Position numbers and translations under genes: made by a program
Shown here: piece by piece, positions 49,675-62,635 of the stretch
Position numbering within the stretch: the first letter of the stretch is position 1
How the letters are laid out: every line of letters starts with the position of its first letter
The notes under the pieces: model-generated
Database searches by the model: none
The model's input: the letters and a program-made list of their open reading frames with translations, nothing else
What the model was told of the DNA's origin: nothing
Assembly (NCBI GenBank): GCA_013265495.1
Contig: MU058241.1
Location: 1,303,249-1,367,248, forward strand
Reading direction: 5' to 3'
Length of the DNA stretch: 64,000 bases
Source of the DNA: Vicugna vicugna
Taxonomy: Eukaryota

Positions 49675-50046
49675 TTATTTTCTTAACTGAGTTATAGTCA
49701 GCTAACAATGTTGTGTCAATTTCTGGTATACAGCACAATTTTTAAGTCATACATGAACATACATATATTTATTTTCACCATGAGCTACCATAAGATCTTG
49801 ACTATATTTCTCTGTGCTCTACAGTATAACCTTGTTTATCTATTCTATATATACCTGTCAGTATCTACAAATCTCAAACTCCCAGTCTGTCCCTTCCCCT
49901 CCCCTCCCCGGCAACCACAAGTTTGTATTCTATGTCTGTGAGTCTGTTTCTGTTTTATATTTAAGTTGTTTGTCTCCTTTCTGTTTTTAGATTCCACATA
50001 TGAGTGATATAAGCTTTTTTTCTTTTTCTGGCTTACTTCACTTAAC
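49675..50046 (-). mobile_element. L1 3' end, antisense, with TSD
   Basis: aatgttgtgtcaatttctggtatacagc...tttagattccacatatgagtgata...ctggcttacttcactta. TSD ataatccttta at 49664-49674 and 50047-50057. Confidence 0.92.
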
Positions 50047-50189
50047 ATAATCCTTTAATTAATCCCATTCACAACTAAAACGTAAGTGATGACTAAAACT
50101 TGGAGATCTACTATTTAGCTCTGAAACCTTGTGTGTTTCTCCTGGACCATCGACTTCTTGTTCTACTTCAGTCACTGCAGTGGTTGAAC

Positions 50190-50629
50190 AACTCTATGTG
50201 AGAATGGGACCAAGGAGACATCGCCTGGAGTCGCTGCCTCCCCCTGGCTAAGCGATAACGCAAGTTCTACAATGTGAAGTGACCCTTCTACACCAATGGG
50301 AGACAGAACACAAAAGGGCATGCAACAGATGCATTCCTTCTGCTTTTCCCTTTACTCGGGGGCTTCTCTGTTCTGTCCGCAGACAGCTCACCAGGCTGAG
50401 TGAGCACAACTGATCCTCTAGGCCATCTTGTTATCTATAATGAGACGCAAGAGATAATCTATGTATCGGCACAATTTGTTGTGGAGTAGAAGCTGGTGCA
50501 GTCACACAGCCTCCTGCTCATCCTCACGTCCTCCCCCTCCCTCCCCACCGACTCTGCACTTTCCATATAAAACACCTGAACATAATCCTTTCCTCAGGCT
50601 CTGTTTTCCAGTGAAGCCGAGATAAGACA
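50190..50629 (+). mobile_element. Old ERVL LTR (LTR16-like)
   Basis: The 3' end 'cctcaggctctgttttccagtgaagccgagataagaca' matches the LTR16-type terminus. The 5' boundary is uncertain. Confidence 0.5.
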
Positions 50630-50891
50630 GATCATTTCCCACAGAATTTGCATTTAAAAATTAAATCCCTAAAGAAAAGGAACAAGGAATTTGTTGAGAA
50701 TTCTCAATTGTTTTCATTCCAGCACAGCGTTCCGAAGAGGGCTTGGCGCCTGCTGCGCTGCACCAGGACGGCAGCCGCGCATTCACTCCTGGCCAGTCTC
50801 GGCCAGAACTGCGCGGAGTCATCGATAATCGGAGGCGTAGCAGTTACAAGTTTATCAAGCTGCTTCTATGCCGGATAAAGGTGATGGCTAC

Positions 50892-51268
50892 TGTGTTGGC
50901 TTTCTAGGACTGCCATAACAGCGCCCCACTGCTGCATGGCTAGCTTAGTAGATACTAATTTACTTGTGGGTCCACAGGCTAAAAGTCAGAGATCACATGT
51001 TAGCTGGGCTGGTGTCTGCTGAGGCTGCTCTCCTTGGTGTGTAGATGGCGGTCTTCTCCCTGTATCCTCACATGGTCATCCCTGTGTGTGTCTGTGTCCT
51101 AATCTCTTCTTATAAGGACACCAGTTCTACTGGATAAGGCCTTAACGACCTCATTTTAAACTCAGTTTCCTCTCCAAGGGCCCTGGCTCCAGACACAGCC
51201 ACATTTGGAAGCACTGGAGCTAAGACTTCAACATATGAATTTGGACAGAAACAATTCAGCCCTTAACG
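50892..51268 (-). mobile_element. MLT1B-like MaLR LTR
   Basis: ggactgccataaca...tcttctccctgtatcctcacatggtc...gtcctaatctcttcttataaggacaccagt...gacttcaacatatgaattt...caattcagccc. Confidence 0.88.
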
Positions 51269-51350
51269 GGCGCTACGCATCCATAATTTTTGGTCTTGGG
51301 CACCACAGAACTGTTGAATCATGAGTCAAAGTGAACATTTTGATACCTAG

Positions 51351-51780
51351 GTGTGTCAGCTAAGGGTCACTGGTTGAACACAACAGAACAATTCACAACT
51401 AACTCGAGAGAAAAAGGAAAATGATTGAAAAGAAACAGGCATAGTCCATGCAATTCAAGGAATCACCAAACTTAAGGGCAAAAATGGAAAGCATAGGTCA
51501 GCTGCAGGGAATCCAAGTAGCAGGAGATGATAAGTTCCCTCCTTCGCCCACACCACTGCTGGGATAAACTCTCATCACAGGATTCTGCGTCCCAGGGGAG
51601 CATCCCGCAGGTCCAGCCTCGGTCACTGCTCACTCCGGGACAACAGGCGGAAAGGCCATTCATGTTGCCAGCTTCACCAGAACTACACACAGTCTAGGGG
51701 AGCCAGGATTCTCCTAAGGGAAATTACAATGATGTTTCACTAAGAAAGATAAATGGATAGTTGGTGGCAAAAAAGGAAAG
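51351..51780 (-). mobile_element. Very old MLT1 (K/L/N-like) LTR remnant
   Basis: tgtgtcagctaagggtcactggttgaacacaacagaacaattcacaactaactcgagagaaaaaggaaaatgattgaaaaga. Confidence 0.45.
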
Positions 51781-52639
51781 AAAAGAAAACTGTGTCTCTT
51801 TCAGTTGATTTGCGTTCCACCAACTGGCTAATCACCGTGATTCCCATGGCGGACAAGGATCCAGTCTACAAAGCTGGGAGGGACTTACCGCCTCTGCCAT
51901 CTCCCTCTTGCCTCTGTATTTTATTCTCCATTAGCTTGGGCATTACATATCATTACTCGTTTGGCCACGGGCTACGAGAGCAGGGACAACTCCGCTGAAT
52001 CAGCAGGCAGACCCGCAGCGCGGGTGACAGCTACTCCAAGGCACGTCCCCCACCCTTCGTTTCCTAGTTTTCGATTACTGCTCTTTGCTTCCACAGTGTT
52101 GAAATGCTGCCATATTTTAGTTACAGCTCTTTCCAGAAATCTTGGCTGTTCCTTTTGCTGTTACAGCCTGCGAGTGGCTCTATTAAAGAGCCCGTGTCTT
52201 CTACAGTATGAAAGAGATAGAAGAGCAGCTTTTTAAATAACTATTACAAAGAAATCTGCCGTCTGGAGGATTACGGTTGGTTGTCCTTTCTTGATTTTTT
52301 GGCTCCACAGGAAGGACCATCTAACTACAGGGGGATATTTTTGTTTCATGCTGTAATAAATCCACGTATCATATTTCACATCCATGAGGACACTGTGTAC
52401 AGATCCCACTACATAAATCTCATATCCCATCAGACCCATCATGGAAACTGAGTCCTTTAAAACACTGGTGTCCTGGCCTCTCAGTTTTGCATCCAATCAT
52501 CCTTTTAGACAAACGTCACATATTCCAGTCCCTGCAGACATAAAGGAGTTCAGATGTCCACATGCCAAGGAAAGCACGGTTATCCCCTTTTCCATCCCAT
52601 ACTAGCCTAGGACATGGAACAGAAGTCACCCAGGGTAGA

Positions 52640-52830
52640 AAGCAAGTACTTGGGGCTCGGTGGGCCACAGGATCCCCGTGGCAGCTAGTGAACCCGGCTG
52701 CTCCAGTACGACAGCAGCTGCAGATGACAGATAAATGAATGGGTGAAGCTGCATTTCATTAGAACATTACATATATAAACAGGCAAGAGGCTGGGTTTGA
52801 GCCAGGGGTTGTTGTTTCCTGACCTACAAC
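52640..52830 (-). mobile_element. MER58A-like MITE
   Basis: ggtgggccacaggatccccgtggcagctag...cagctgcagatgacagataaatgaatggg...aaacaggcaagaggctgggtttgagccagggg. Confidence 0.65.
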
Positions 52831-53314
52831 CTAGACTTCTGCCTTCACCACTAATCTACTGAATTCAGACCAATCCAACAATAACAACAGTAACAAAAAT
52901 AATTGCCATCTTTTTAATCTTATTATGTATCTGTGTACGACATGTCTGTGCACCCTGAGCCAATGTACTCATCAGTATAACAGCCCTGAAAGATAGTTGT
53001 CTCTTTTGACAAAACAAGAACTAAGCTTAGTAAACTAGTCTGGTCAACATCGCCAAACATTTGGAACGAAGCTTCGGATTCCATACGCTTAGCTGTTTTA
53101 ATCAGTGTTTGAGTCAGGAAGGGCCGGACAACGTTGCAATAATAAGCAATCCCCAAGACTCAGCAGTTCAAACCAGTGAAAATCTATTTCTTCCTTATGG
53201 ACAGTTGAGGGAATTCTCCAGGCGCAGCTCTCCCGACCGGAATGCTTGCTTACAGATTATGTTACCTCTGCACCGATGCATTCCATCTTCCTATAGTAAG
53301 AGGAGCCTAGAGAA

Positions 53315-53466
53315 GAACTTCTCCAACTTGAGCATGCACATCCATCATCTGGGAGCTTATTCAAGTGAAGTTTCAGATACAAGAGTTTTCGGGGTGGGGC
53401 CTGAGACCTGAAATTCCATCACTCCCTGGTGATGTTGGGTTCTGGTGACCACAATCTAAGCAGTAA
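53315..53466. mobile_element. MER5-like MITE (within an old MLT1 remnant, ~53100-53620)
   Basis: cttctccaacttgagcatgcacatccatcatctgggagcttatt...ggggtggggcctgagacctgaaatt...ccctggtgatgttg. Confidence 0.65.
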
Positions 53467-53804
53467 GTGGTACCCTGGCAAGAAGATGATTCTAGATGAA
53501 GAAAGACACATCTGGCCAACATTATATTGACCAAAACAAGTCACAGGGCAAGACATAACTTGAAGAGGATAAGGAAGCAGACTTTATTCCTTTGACAGGG
53601 TGTAAAGGAAGCACACCGATCGGGAAGTAGATTAACAACTACTCAGTCCAGACTCGGCTGACTTCAAATCTTTATCCATTTCAGGGTGTTATACTGCTTA
53701 TCCTGCTGACAGGTGGAGGTGACTTCTAACCCCCATCCTGTTGGCTGGGAATGCTGCCTCTCCCTGAGAGTCCTCCTCCCTGCAGACTGCATCCTTATCT
53801 CCTG

Positions 53805-53973
53805 GCCCCTTGCTGTGCAACATGTGGTTCCTGGTCCACCAGCATCACATCACTGGGAGCTTGTTAGAAATACAGAATCTCAGAGTCTCCGCCAGACTAA
53901 ATGAATCAGAATCTGCATTTTAACAAGATCCTTTGGTGACTTGCATGGACATTAAAGGATGAAAATTGTGCTG
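53805..53973. mobile_element. MER5A MITE
   Basis: ccagcatcacatcactgggagcttgttagaaatacagaatctcag...tgaatcagaatctgcattttaacaagatcc...ggacattaaag. Confidence 0.85.
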
Positions 53974-54289
53974 TCATCCACCCCACAGACAGCAGAATTT
54001 CACTTGTGGAGAAATTGTCGAGGCCACGAATATTGCCTAAAATGACCCTCATTTTTCCACCACTGCAGGTACTTCAAGAACCACACCTGAATCCCAGTGA
54101 GCCTACAAAGAAAAGTAGCCATTTGTCTAAGGGTACATGAGGAAAACGGGAAAAATTATCTAGAACAAATGCCGAAGAAAGGAGAATTGCTGGAGGAAAG
54201 AGATGGAAAGCCCAGTAAGAGCTCAACACACATTTAAATGGATTTCTACTCAGTTATAAGATAATTTACTTCTAGCAATGTCATGGACT

Positions 54290-56778
54290 AGATATTTTGA
54301 AACTCCCCCTTATTATAAAGCATCCAGAAATGACAGACAAAATACATTAAAACATCCCTCCAAACACATACCTGAACTCAAAAAAAAAAACAGTAAGATG
54401 AATCCTGAGAAATGAGATATAATGAAACAGAAAAACAAATTAAGAGAAGTAAACAAACTAGTTCACGGCCCACACCAGCCCTTGGCTTATCTGCCCATCC
54501 CAGCAAGCAAGAGCTTCAATTTCAGTAACTGCAAAGGTGATGGGGAAAAAGTCTCAGAGGATGAGGATCAAGCCAAAACGCTCAAAATGTGACCATCTCA
54601 GTGAAAAGGTGAGCTGCAAGTCACAACAATAACAAAAATATCTGAGACAGGGGACAACAAAATGTTTCTTTTTTGAGACTGGCTTCTGTGTTCTGGGGGA
54701 GGGGACTCCTAAAAGTTCATACAGGTTTCTGACATAAATTCACACCAATTACGTAGTTAAAAAAACTTCAAGAGATCTGACTTAATGTGGCTTCAGGTTG
54801 GCAACACCTCCAGGACCCTGACAAATGAAAACATAAATCTTCTGTAAAGGAGCTGACTGAAAACTCAGGCTGCAACGATTTATCCTCTCTGAAGTTCTTT
54901 CTAAAAACATGAGGTCACAGTCGGAAGCCACAGGACACACGACAAGATCCGGAGAATGAGAAAACATGAGCAGAAAGAGCAAGTGACAAATCAGATGCTT
55001 TAGATATTAGATTTACAGAATACAAAATATCAAATAAATACGTTGATATAATTTAAAAAAAGGATTAAAATCATGGAGAAGGAGAAAATATTATCAGAAT
55101 GCAAAAGAAAGCTTAAAGGAGTTAAGAGAACATCTAAAATTTTTTATATATATATATATATACGCACATGAAAATGACAGCCAAAATAATTTATTGTTTG
55201 GTGCCTGGGAGGCACAGTTAGTTACATGATTTCACATTTTAACTCACTCAATGGTCTAAACAGTCTCATAAGATTGGTATTAACTGGCCTAAAGTCACAC
55301 AGCTAATAAGTCTCAGAAATTGGATATTAAACCCAGCAATCTGTTACCATTATCTGACCTCTTGACTAATAAAACATAGGATCTCTGAATGGCTGAGTGT
55401 AAGCACAGAGGAGAGAGTGGTAAAGAGAAACTTAGTGAACTGGAAAAACCGAAGATATTATGGAAAGAAATGCAGGAAGACACAGCGAGTTTACAAGCAG
55501 CAGGAGAGTGAGAAGGTGGGCAGCCAACTTTGGAAGAGATGTTTTCTGTAATGCTAGAAATTGACACTCTATCAGATCCAGTGAATACAACAAAAAAATT
55601 GTATTTCTCCAGAAGAAAAAATTCAGAGAAATCCACACTTAGAGACAGTAGTAAAAATGCTGCACAGTAAGAACACTGATGTCAAGGAAGAGATGACAGC
55701 ACGCACACACGCACGCGCACACACACACACACACACACACGCACATGCACACGCACAGACAGATTACCACCAAGATATTACACGTCTTTTGAGAGCTGAC
55801 TTCTCGACAGCATCACAGGCGGCCCCAGGGGAGTGGAAACCATTGGTCAGTCTGCCCCGAGAAAACAACTATAACCAATAATTGTACTCCCAACAGAACA
55901 CTCTTTCAAGGACAGAAGAGAAAAATACCTTTTTTAGATTACAAAAACTGGGACAATTTACTGTAAAGGGAGGCACACTACAGAAATTGCTAATGAAGGA
56001 AATACTTAGAGGAGAAGGAAAGCGACCCCCGAAGGAAGATCTGGAGCGCAAGAGGGATTGAAGAAGAAAGAAGGGAGTTTTCAAAGAACTTAATGGAAGC
56101 TTTATAACTGATATGAAAGTATAAGTGGTCGAGAATCATCAGATACTCCTGGACAAGGGTACTTATGGACTAGCAGATATCAACTCAAACAGAGTAATTA
56201 AGGTGGTGTGATATTGGCGGACAAAGTGTCCAGTGCAACGTATTGGCAAACCAGGAGCAGATGCCTACACACACTTAACTGGTGGCTGAACACCTCAAGC
56301 AAAGGTAGAAGGGACTAGGCTTCAGGAACACAAGTAAAACTGAACACACTTGCCAAAAACGATAATGAAGGAATGACCAGTAAACCTATAGAGAGATGCT
56401 CAACTTTATGGGTCATTGGGGAAATGTAAAGTAAAACCACAACGTTGCATGTGCACCCTTTTACACCTGCCTGACTAGGAAATACTAGGATGTACTCATA
56501 CCCAGTGCTGTCTAGGAAGTGGGGGAAGTAAAACTCTCAAACACCTCTGCTGGGCGTGCACACTGGTACAGGTACTTTGGAAATTAACTTGGCGTAATCC
56601 AGAACTTTGAAGTTGCCTGTGCTCCATGATCCAATAATCCCAGTCCTGAGTAACCACTTGGAAGGCCTAGAGGAAATCTGAAACGCGTATATGGAAGACA
56701 CGTGCACGCCCATGAATTTCATGGCATCAATATTCATCGTGGCACAACATAAAGAAAAAGGAAAAAGATGAAAGCTAC
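54290..56778 (+). mobile_element. Old fragmented L1M (5' region, ORF1 and ORF2/3' remnants)
   Basis: ORF1-like 'gaaatccacacttagagacagtagtaaaaatgctg...ctgacttctcgacagcatcac...aactataaccaataattgtactcccaacagaacactctttcaag' and ORF2-end-like 'gagatgctcaactttatgggtcattggggaaatgtaaagtaaaaccaca'. Confidence 0.65.
55698..55760. repeat. (CA)n/(GCAC)n microsatellite
   Basis: gcacgcacacacgcacgcgcacacacacacacacacacacacgcacatgcacacgcaca is seen directly. Confidence 0.92.
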
Positions 56779-57148
56779 GTGTCTCGGTCAGCTGGAACTG
56801 CAGTACTGAACACCACAGACTGAGCGGCTTCAACCACAAACACCGATTTCTCACAGCCTGCAGACTGGAAGTCCAAGATCAGGGTGTCATCTTGGTTGTG
56901 TTTTGGGGAGGGGCCCTCTTCCTGGCTGGAGGATGGCCATCATCCTGCTGAACACCTCACATGATGGGGAGAAAGAGCTCTCCTGTCTCTTCCTTCTTCT
57001 TGTATAAGGGCATTATTCCCACCTTGTGGGTTCCACTCTCAAGCTGTCATCTAACCCTAATATTCTTCCAAATGCCACATGTCCAAATACCACCACACTG
57101 GGGATCAGGGCTTCAACATATGAATCTGGACGGACATTCAGTCAATAG
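56779..57148 (-). mobile_element. MLT1A-like MaLR LTR inserted in old L1
   Basis: caccacagactgagcggcttcaaccacaaacaccgatttctcacag...ctggaagtccaagatcaggg...gggcttcaacatatgaatctgg...acattcagtc. Confidence 0.88.
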
Positions 57149-58854
57149 GGCCATCCAAATGACCACTTTAACAAGAGTATGCAAAAATAAATTACAGTTT
57201 AGTCAGGGTATAATATAATACACATACATTCCATACATATGTCATATATATAATAGTTCATAAGGTGTTTTTAAATTAATGTAATTTTTTCTCTTATGAA
57301 GAAGCATTTATTATCAGAGAAACTTTATGGGCCTTAATATCCTAAGATATTGAAATGTACTATATAAATTCAGACCATTAATCTTTTATTTTATTTCAAA
57401 GGGTATTTCAAGGGATAGCCATTAAATGCCATGTACTAAGTTCTAGGCATATAACAGATAATAAAAGAGCCTTTGGTATCCAGAAGCCTGTAATTTCATT
57501 TGTAAATACTGGAATCTCAATAGATCAAAATTAGTGTGTTAGCAAAGAGGTACCGTGTGCTATGAAAAAGCACAGAGAAGAATAAGAAAGGCGAGCAGCA
57601 CTACTGAAGGGCAGCTATAAATCATGCAGCCCGCAGAGTAGTTTTGTACACATTTTTCTCTTCCCATCTGCCAGCAACCACCCTGTGATGCACAACTGTC
57701 CTTAAACTGCCAGTGAGGACACCAGACTCGAGAACACGGGGGAATCAAAACCCCCAGGCCCTCTGTGGAAGTGCAGCCCACTGGGGGAAGTGCGCAAGCA
57801 CTCTGGACACGAACGCGGCACCACCGAGAACTCGGAAGGTGCACTGACTCACACAACCCAGCAGCAGACACTCCTGCTCCCAAGTATTTCCTCACCCAAA
57901 CCAGGACTGAGACAGGCATTCCACTCCTGACCTCGCTGACTCCCACATCCTTGCTTTTGATGACCTCCTGCTTTTCAATCTTCCTTAATCACAGACCCAA
58001 ACCCCAGAGGACTCCTTTGAACACCAACGTCTTAACATCCCTGGCGGCCAAAGTCTCCCTGTCATTTTGATACACTCTATACCCCCAACAGGATGTTGCT
58101 TCACTCTGTCTCCTGTATGCACTGTGCTGCACAGCTGAACAACACAATGTTTTACTCTCCACTCGACCTCTTCCATAAATACTGGCATTTCTGCACAACA
58201 GGAGGTCTCTTGGTGTTCAAGATTAAATGAAGGGAGAGATCCCCAAGTGTTCCTTCCTGAGTCTCGTATTTAACTCGGGTGCTCCTGGAAGTCACTTACT
58301 AGGAAAGCCAAGTTTGTAATTCTTGGCCTTCTGAAGCTCTATCTGCACTGTCTCTGGCTGGCAAATGAGAACAGTGCATTTGCCTCAAGACAAGTTTCAG
58401 GGGAAATGATTCACATGGCATGCTGCCCCGATGGTGGTTGCTGTCCGTGTGTGTGGGAGCAGCTGAAAAGCTCCACACTTGGCAAGAGGTGCCCTCTCCT
58501 CTTAGCAGGACGTGCAGGGTTACAGCCTGGTGGTTCACGATCACAGCCCTTTACTAGAAAGGTCCAGCTCCTCTTTCCACCATGACTCCCAGACACTGGG
58601 TTCGCCTACACATGACGTGTGACCATGGTATATTACACTGCTATGGTAATCGGGCAGGACCAGAGCTTCACCATGTCCTTAGAAGCCGGAAAGTTGGTCA
58701 GTCTGTGGACTGCTCTTGCTCACACAGTTTAGAACACTTCATTCCTGAGAACCTAGCATCAAGCCCTCAAGCACGAACAGCAGATGCACATTTCATGGTG
58801 TATCCAAAGACATGTTTTTGATTCGCTCTTACCTCACTTTAGGTCAAAGCTGTG

Positions 58855-58978
58855 GGGTAGGGGGGGATAGCTCAGTGGTAGAGCACATGCTTAGCATGCA
58901 CAAGGTCCTGGGTTCAATCCCCAGCACCCACCTTAGACAAAACAAAAACCAAAAACCAAGGAAAGAACAAAAAACCTC
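58855..58978 (+). mobile_element. tRNA-Ala-derived SINE (Vic-1-like) with TSD
   Basis: ggggggatagctcagtggtagagcacatgcttagcatgcacaaggtcctgggttcaatccccagcacc plus an A-rich tail. Near-TSD tcaaagctgtg / tcaatgctgtg. Confidence 0.92.
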
Positions 58979-61207
58979 TCAATGCTGTGTTGAACTATCC
59001 TCAGGCCTAGATGCTACACTGACAGCAGGTCCAGCCCCAATCCTAACGAGCTACTGGAAATGAACAATCCCATCCTGATGGATCACCTCATACCAGACAG
59101 TCACTCTTCTCCATCATCACTTCCGAGAATATTCTGCCTTAAAAACCCATCTTCCCCCTTGACGTATTGACAGGGAGGTTCTGATTTGGTGATAAAGTTC
59201 AGTTCTACGTGGAAGGACGCTTTTAAAACCATGTTTCACTGGTGGGGATTACCTGCATAGAAATGACCAAATTAGGGGGAAGAGGTCCCAGTTTAACGCT
59301 CAGGGTGGGACTTTTAAGCAAGCTGGGCTTGGAAAAGTTACTTCTTTTCTGTGGAACACAGATTGCTCATCAGAGAGGGTTCCTCTAGGATTCCCTGAAG
59401 GGATTCCTTATCTCAGATGCCAACTCACAGGGTCTGTGTGAGGATTCAACGATGGGAAATAGTCTGTAACTCCACAGAGGTCACACACTGTCACAGAACC
59501 TGACATTGCGCAAGGTATCTGAAGGTAGAATGGTTCGAGAGAAATGGAAATTCAAGCTTACCATAAGCATGGTAAACACCCATGCAAACTGCAAAGCATT
59601 ACGGATGCTGAAGTTACTATTACTCAGGCACACAGGGAGATGCCCTGCTGACTCTGCCAAGTACCTATAGTCTGCTTTGAGCCGGCTGGAACGTGCACTT
59701 TGAGAGGGTAGCACTCCCACACAACAGTATGACTATGTCAGAGACGTTCAGGTGTATTTACAGCCTCTTGTTTAGATTTCCCTGGATTTCCTTTTTTTTT
59801 TTTTTGTGCTAGTTTTAACTTCACTATTTTAATATCATGAAATACACGCACAAAACATTGTACAAGTATACTCTTTACTACATGGAGACGGAGAAATACA
59901 TTTGAATTCTCACCCGAAGGAATGTTGAGAACAGTTTCCCAAATACCTATTTTAATGCCAAGGGAAACTGAGCAAAATAAATGATTTTATGATACACCCC
60001 CATTTTGGGGAGGGGGGGTTGCATAAGTGGACGGAGCATGGCTCCCCAGCTATGACCTAGGAGGCGGACACGGAGAGACTCAGTGACGGAGCTGTTGCAG
60101 CTGATCAGCACTGTCTCTCCTCTGCAGGCACTCGCAGTGCCTGAACGGTGACTGCTGCTTTTCCCCATCAAATTCCATCCATAGCAGGGAGACATGCAAG
60201 ACAGTCAGTCCGAGACGGTCAGTTAAATGTCTTTAACAAAATAAAAATGCTGAGTGTTTACTAAGAAAATGTAATTTAACAAGGAAATCTACATCTTAGA
60301 TAATTTCTATAGCAAAAGATGATTCATTAGAAGCAATCAATGTAATGCCTCAATAAATAGTGATTAAATGAAGATCTTCAAGGAAGAACTACTGGTTATG
60401 GTTAAAAACACTGAGATCAAGACAAGTGACCGACGTGGAGTCTTGTTTAACAAAATACTCGTAGTATCAGATCATTTTTAGCTTCCCCTAATTTCAGATG
60501 TCATCTTACCGAGGAAAAAAAGGGAGGAGGGGGATGTATTCTAACGGACTTGAATGAACCAGAAAAACCATTTACATCAGCAGAAAGTTTGGATTGGAAC
60601 ACTTAAGCTCTTATGACTGCCTTCAGTGGGAGGAATTCCCAAATAACTTGAGAGCGTTTTTACAACATTCAAAACAGACTGTCACACTTGAGAAGGGGTG
60701 TAAAATTCGACTTTACTACAGTGTTTGAAGGAGTAAAAATTAATATGCTGCAGTGAATATATTTATCTTAGAACAGGATTACACGTGGTAATAATTTCGG
60801 GTTGTTTTCTGAAAGATTTCTTTCGTTTTGTAGTTTATCTACACTAAAAACGAAAGCAAGTGGTACTTTTCATTGCTTTGCATATTCAACGTGCTTTTCC
60901 CCATAATCCTTACATAATCCCACATATCAATCTTGTTTACATGTCTAATTGGCATATATTAGCGCAAAGAAAAACTAAAAGAGAGCTGGTTCACACAGCA
61001 CTTTTAAGCCATGCCAGAAGACCCTCAGTCTATAGCCTCCAACAAATGAGCTGCAAAGTACAACTAGTATGACAGAAGTCAAGTCACCGGACGCACAGGT
61101 CAATGCGTGAGCTCTCACAGACCGACCCACCCTTCCCGTTTGCCCGGAACTTTCTGCCCACATGGTAGACGTGCATGATTCCACCACCTGAGGCTGACAA
61201 GCCCCAG

Positions 61208-61378
61208 GCTATTTTAAATGAGATTGTTTTCTTAATTTCCTTTTCAGAGTGTGCATTATTAATGTATAGAAAGCAACTGATTTTTGCATGCTGATTTTGA
61301 ATCCTGCAACTCTGCAGAATTCATTTATCAGTTCCCACAGTTTTCGGTGAACGCTTTAAGGTTTTCTGTATATAAGAG
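61208..61378 (-). mobile_element. L1 ORF2 internal fragment, antisense
   Basis: aaatgagattgttttcttaatttccttttcaga...tgtatagaaagcaactgatttttgcatgctgattttgaatcctgcaactctgcagaattcatttatcagttc. Confidence 0.85.
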
Positions 61379-62354
61379 CAACATTGGTACTTTTTCCCCT
61401 GCATCTTTGCATTGCACACTTGTCCGTGCGGTCCCTGAAGAGACACCATCTCTGTAGTGCACAGCCTTACAATATCTGGATAATTGATTCACTATTTAAA
61501 AAAAAAAATCACAGCAACAGAGTGACGAGATGAGCAGAAGCCCAAACTGTTGGAAGGCCCCTCATGGAGATGTTTCAATAACGAACCACAGCTCGGAGAG
61601 CAGCTCCTGCCTCTCTGCCTGGCCGATTACCCACCAGCTGGCAGTGACGGGCTTTTAGTCACATCCCAGGATCAGAAACATACAATGAATTCAGAGAGTG
61701 CCGCAGAGGGAAGGGGAAGGCAAAATCACTCTAGAATCATTGCCAGGCTCATCTATTCTGCAAGTCACTTGTTAAAATGAGCTAGCTTTCTTCTAGCCCT
61801 GGCTACTTCCAGCTTGGCTTTTTCCCCTCACAGTCGTGGGTTTTCACCCTAAAGTGTGGATGGAATGCGAACGTGGGTACAGAGCCTCCAAAAGCAGCTC
61901 CTCGCTTCATGCAAATTTAAACTGAAGTCGGAACTGAGACACTAAAATTCCAAGGTGCTCAAATATTACAAGTTCCACTAGCTGATACAATGGGCTAGGA
62001 GATTAAAACAATGATAATTTTCCCAGCGTGGGAAGAAATATTACCCTGAATAATTTACAGAGCGCTATCATAAACTCGCAGGAAATGAAATTCAGAATTG
62101 CCCATCTCCTGGCCCTGAAATTAAAAGAAGGCACAGAGGGATAAAGAGGGGTGGAAAGACAGGGAAAGATGATTATCACCTGAATCCTAGATCTTGGTAA
62201 TCTTTCCCTTTGGGGTAGAACTTGGATGGTGTACACATTCGAAAGATTAGAAAGGGTGCAGTTAGGGAGGAAAGAACCCTCAAGGAGCCTAGCTTCAGCA
62301 GTAAGTAACCCTTCTCTTGGTAGAAGGTGAGACCCATGTCCCAACTCCTCCTTC

Positions 62355-62635
62355 GGGGCGGGGGGGGGTGGTCACATGACTGGGCCCCAGGGGAAGGAGT
62401 GTCCACGAACTGTCACGTGACACCATGACAACCTTCCACGTGAGCCTCCCCACACTCTTTCCACTTCCCCCCGCTTGAAGCCACGGCATGGAGAACTTGG
62501 AAACTCCACATGGACGACCATGTTTCCCTAAGAAGCAAGGGCCATGGGTCCCAGATTCCTGTTTGGGAAATACCAGTGGTGATCTTTACAGGACTGAGGA
62601 AAGAACTTCCATCACATGTGCGGTCATCACACGTG
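62355..62635. promoter_or_regulatory. Candidate enhancer: GC box plus clustered bHLH-ZIP E-boxes
   Basis: GGGGCGGGG (62355), GTCACATGAC (62371), GTCACGTGAC (62412), CACGTG (62437 and 62630), CACATGTG (62613). Motif evidence only. Confidence 0.35.

Noticed and set aside
50755..50782. REST/NRSE-like motif gctgcaccaggacggcagcc
   Set aside because: The half-site spacing is wrong and there are several core mismatches.
58855..58930. Apparent tRNA-Ala(AGC) gene (and similar sequences at 3634, 18727, 48295 and 49431)
   Set aside because: These are multi-copy diverged SINEs with A-rich tails and, in at least one case, a TSD. The stems are imperfect and no poly-T terminator follows.
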